Source: Octopus bimaculoides (lineage: Eukaryota). Taken from it: a stretch of DNA of 36,319 bases. Below, piece by piece: positions 32,985 through 36,319 of the stretch. Where the stretch lies: NCBI RefSeq assembly GCF_001194135.2, contig NC_068984.1:69484790-69521108 (forward strand), written 5' to 3'. Both the position numbers and the translations under genes were made by a program. The notes beneath the pieces are model-generated. The model was not told where the DNA came from. It worked only from the letters and a program-made list of their open reading frames with translations, and ran no database searches. The stretch's first letter is position 1. Each line of letters starts with the position of its first letter.

Positions 32985-33569
32985 TATATATGGATATGTA
33001 TATGCTTCAGTTTTCTCATAAAACCCCTTATCAATTAGCTGTATAGCAAGTTGCCCATCTAATCTTCAAATACTACACAGGATTGTGACACATGATGTGA
33101 CTGAGTTGAGTAAATCTGAGCTTGCTCAACTCTGTATATGTTTGCAATCTTGTGTTTGTGTGTGTGTGTGTGTGTTTGTGTGTGCGTGTGTGTGTGTGTG
33201 CGCGTATGTGTGTGTGTATGCATGTGTATGTGCGATATGATATATTATTTGACAGCTTTCATGTAATATATGAAAATATATTCAGACATCTGATAATTTA
33301 AGAGGCAACAGGCTCGGATTGTCAGCTAAAAGAGAATTGATGCAAAACTCACTGGACTGGTATTTTGCGGGTTATTCAGTTGAGATTTTTTGAATAATAC
33401 TCTTCCTTTATATATTGAGCTTTCTAATTTATTGCTTCTTGGTGGATAAACACAAATTAATGCAAACTTATCTTTAGCTAAAAGTAGAATCCTGTATAAA
33501 GATTGATAAATATAACAATTTATCAAAAAGCACCAGTTTGATTTCCAGGTTATGAACATCAAAGTTTTG

Positions 33570-35150
33570 CTGAGTATATATTACATGAAAAATGTAATAG
33601 AAATAAAACAGAAGATTTTTATAAGAAGATTGAAGTAGTGTGTATATTCACTTGAATAAAAGAGAGACTAGACATTATCAGGATGGTAAATTTGGCTTTA
33701 GAACATGCAAAAGTTCACTGCATAACAAAGCCAGAGCAAAGTTGAAGAGGACTTTTTAAACATCTTGAAAGAAATCAAATTGCATGAAGTGCACAACAGT
33801 CTTAAAAGTAAGTTGAATGAACACTTGACATCTTAAGTAAATCTAATAAGTTGCATGCTTTCTCAGATAAAACAAGCATTCTGTATAATACAGACGTTAA
33901 TACAGAGAAAAGGCTTTTATCATATAACATAACAAACATCTATAAGAACTCTAGAAACGTGATTTATAAGTCTATTAATCTAGAAGCCAAATAGTTTGCA
34001 GCAAAGCTAAAGATAGATGACAGGGCAGAAAGCTTGGCACCCAAGTCTCCTTGTACATTTAGAAAGCACAATTAAACTTTGAAAGTAACCCTCAGTGTTG
34101 ATTAATTAACCCAGTAGCACCATAGTCAGCTATAGTTAGCAAAAGAATATTAGAGAATGTCATTTTCACAGTAAAAGCAATTTTCTCCCTAAAATTATGG
34201 TGCAATATGTAAGAAATGCTAGAATGGTTAAGTGAGATAAAAGAGTAGAAAAACTGCAAATTCATGCAATTTGATATATGAGACTTTTATACTTAATGAA
34301 AGCCCAAGATTTTGTGTAAACAATTACTGATATTAATAAGTCAAACGCTAATGTGATTATGATGGCAAGAAATTCAGTCCTGTTTTTTACAATAACAGAA
34401 CATAGCTTTAGAAAAAGGTGAATGAATTGTTTGATGTATATAGAAGCATATGATGGTGCTTGGGTGAGTGATATTGTATACAAGAATAAGAAAGGAAAAG
34501 GACAAGTTTATCATATAATATAGCATTAAATCTAGCAGAAAATGCTAATATAGCTTGGGAATTCCTAAATTTAATAGATTATTTTTTCTTGTTATTTACA
34601 TAAATTGGAACTGCCTTAATGTTAGTTATTCAGAATTTATGAATTTTGGTTCTTATATCAAAGATTATAATGTTACATGGCTGAATGAAACAGTGAGGTA
34701 AGCATCTAGCCAATGCCAACAATATAACTATAGAATTTGTAAAATTTGCCCTCTAGATGGTAATTCTTCAGCAAATTTTGTTATATGTAGCACTAAAGTT
34801 AAAAACCAATTGCAGTAATGAAATAAAAGTATATATTGGGGCAACAAAACTGACTTACAGAATTGATTTTATGTACAGAAACATAATTTGTTAGCCCTGA
34901 TAAAAATGTGTTCAACTTTGTCAAAATTCATATGTTACTTGCAAGAAATAATGCCACTTGATTTCAAAATTACTTGATCACTTGCAAACAAGACACAAAA
35001 CTACAGGAGCATTACTTCAGATAAAGAAAAAAAAATGGTGTAACCTTTATCTGTGTAAGAAAATAAACATTTTCCTCTAAAATAGAAAAGGTTTGAACAA
35101 CTGAACCAAAAGAGTTAGCACCTTATATTTACTAAACAAAACCTCTTGTC
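33570..35150 (+). mobile_element. Decayed Penelope-like retroelement (RT and GIY-YIG endonuclease remnants), internally deleted
   Basis: Manual translation with stops/frameshifts: SNKLHAFSDKTSILY...SINLEAK*FAAKLKIDDRAE...NFESNPQC*LINP...SKRILE...EMLEWLSEIKE*KNCKFMQFDI*DFY (34261-34290)...VIMMARNSVLFF...AYDGAWVSDIV (34446-34478)...WEFLNLIDY...CKICPLDGN (34738)...EIKVYIGAT (YIG)...WCNLYLCKK. Confidence 0.85.
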
Positions 35151-35874
35151 CATGAGCCACTCTCCTTGATTTCTTTTGTCTGGTCCAGATCCAAAATCTC
35201 AAGCAAATGTATGCATATGGACAAATTTATCTTGGTGAACTGGAGGGCACCACACTTTCCAGATTGAGCAACTGACTTTGGACTTCTCTGTGTTGAATTA
35301 GCCAACTACAACTAGCTTAATTATGGCTTTATGGTAAAAAGGACATAACACTAATTTTCTTTTAATTTTTCTTTCACTCTTTCAATATTTGCATCTAACT
35401 TCTTGTTTTTTTCTCATTATTTCTCTTGAACCAGTGTCCTGATTTTCAAATTGAACAGACCTTGTGCTCAGAGACAGAACGTTGCTTGGAGACACAAGAC
35501 ATGTTATAAAAGCCTGCCTAGTTCCCTGTCTCCAAACAAGAAACTAATAGTAGCTTGTACCTTTATACTGTATACATTAAATGATAAATATCTCTCATTG
35601 GATGGAATACTTTTTTGTTGAACTTTCTTTAACTGAGCATTAAAATGTGTGTGTCTGTGTGTGTGTGTGTGCTTGCTTTTATGTTCAGTTAGATGATTTT
35701 AAATTTATCTATATTTTTGTAGAGTACAAATTTATTATTCATGGCTTACTTGTCCGAAACTTCAAAATCACTGTCAGCAACATTCTTGAATAAAAATAAT
35801 ATATATATAAAGATTTCTGTTAATGGCAATCAAAGCACTATCAGTTTAAAACAGCATTCTGTATAACAGACTTA

Positions 35875-35931
35875 ATGCAGATATTCTCAAGATATGCAGA
35901 TATACTCAAGATAATGCAGATATACTCAAGA
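35875..35931 (+). repeat. 19-20-bp tandem repeat, three copies (ATGCAGATATWCTCAAGA)
   Basis: Units at 35875, 35894 and 35914. Confidence 0.9.
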
Positions 35932-36319
35932 AAGCATTACATGTAAATGTACTGCATTACAAAATACAGAAAAAAGTCTAATTGTGATAGTGATATTTCT
36001 AAATATGTATTTTTGCTTCTTTGAGCATCATCTAACATAGAAAACGAGTCATTAATAAATCACTGGTGCCAGAGTTAGCTTTCAGGCTAGATTGAATTCA
36101 ATATTAGCAACATAAACATTATTAATACAAAATAAGATTCTGTATATCTTACATAACAAAAACATATAACCACAATAACAGCATGCCTCTTCACTTCTCC
36201 AGTAAGCTGAGAATCTGCCATTATTTTCTGAAACAAAGATTATACAGAGTTGGCAAAATATGCATGAATGACCCCAAAAATGTATGTCATAAATACATTA
36301 CACATCCTGTATATATATA

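Noticed and set aside
28886-33046. The longest ORFs in the track (190-366 aa)
   Set aside because: They consist almost entirely of X from N-gaps plus (TA)n translations; they are artefacts.
34262-34483. Hydrophobic minus-strand ORF resembling a GPCR transmembrane segment (FLAIIITLAFDLLISVIVYTKSWAF)
   Set aside because: It is the antisense of the Penelope-like RT; the plus strand carries ordered PLE motifs over 1.5 kb.

Overview
AT-rich, repeat-saturated eukaryotic (animal) genomic DNA from a gapped draft assembly. It has five N-gaps, and the four long ones are bounded by (TA)n/(TACA)n tracts on at least one side. The repeat families and microsatellite load look to me like an octopus (coleoid cephalopod) genome; that is recall, not a search result. 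I find no intact host protein-coding gene, rRNA, true tRNA or CRISPR array, and most ORFs in the supplied track are microsatellite or N-gap artefacts. The window is a mosaic of decayed mobile DNA: RTE-clade LINE fragments, several tRNA-derived SINE families, an internally deleted DD37D (maT) Tc1/mariner element, MITE-like inverted-repeat elements, piggyBac-like and pogo/Tigger-like remnants, and a Penelope-like retroelement with RT and GIY-YIG remnants. The most interesting candidates are: (i) a frameshifted 1.5-kb minus-strand relic at 16.2-17.75 kb that appears to join a PWWP-like and Cys-rich region to a Sola-like transposase N-terminus; (ii) a near-perfect 45-bp hairpin at 2522-2617; (iii) a degenerate minimal hammerhead-ribozyme-like motif at 11036-11071; (iv) a retroelement 3' end found twice inside (AAT)n arrays, one copy with a reiterated 5' junction. 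All protein-family assignments are by eye from manual translation and need HMM confirmation.
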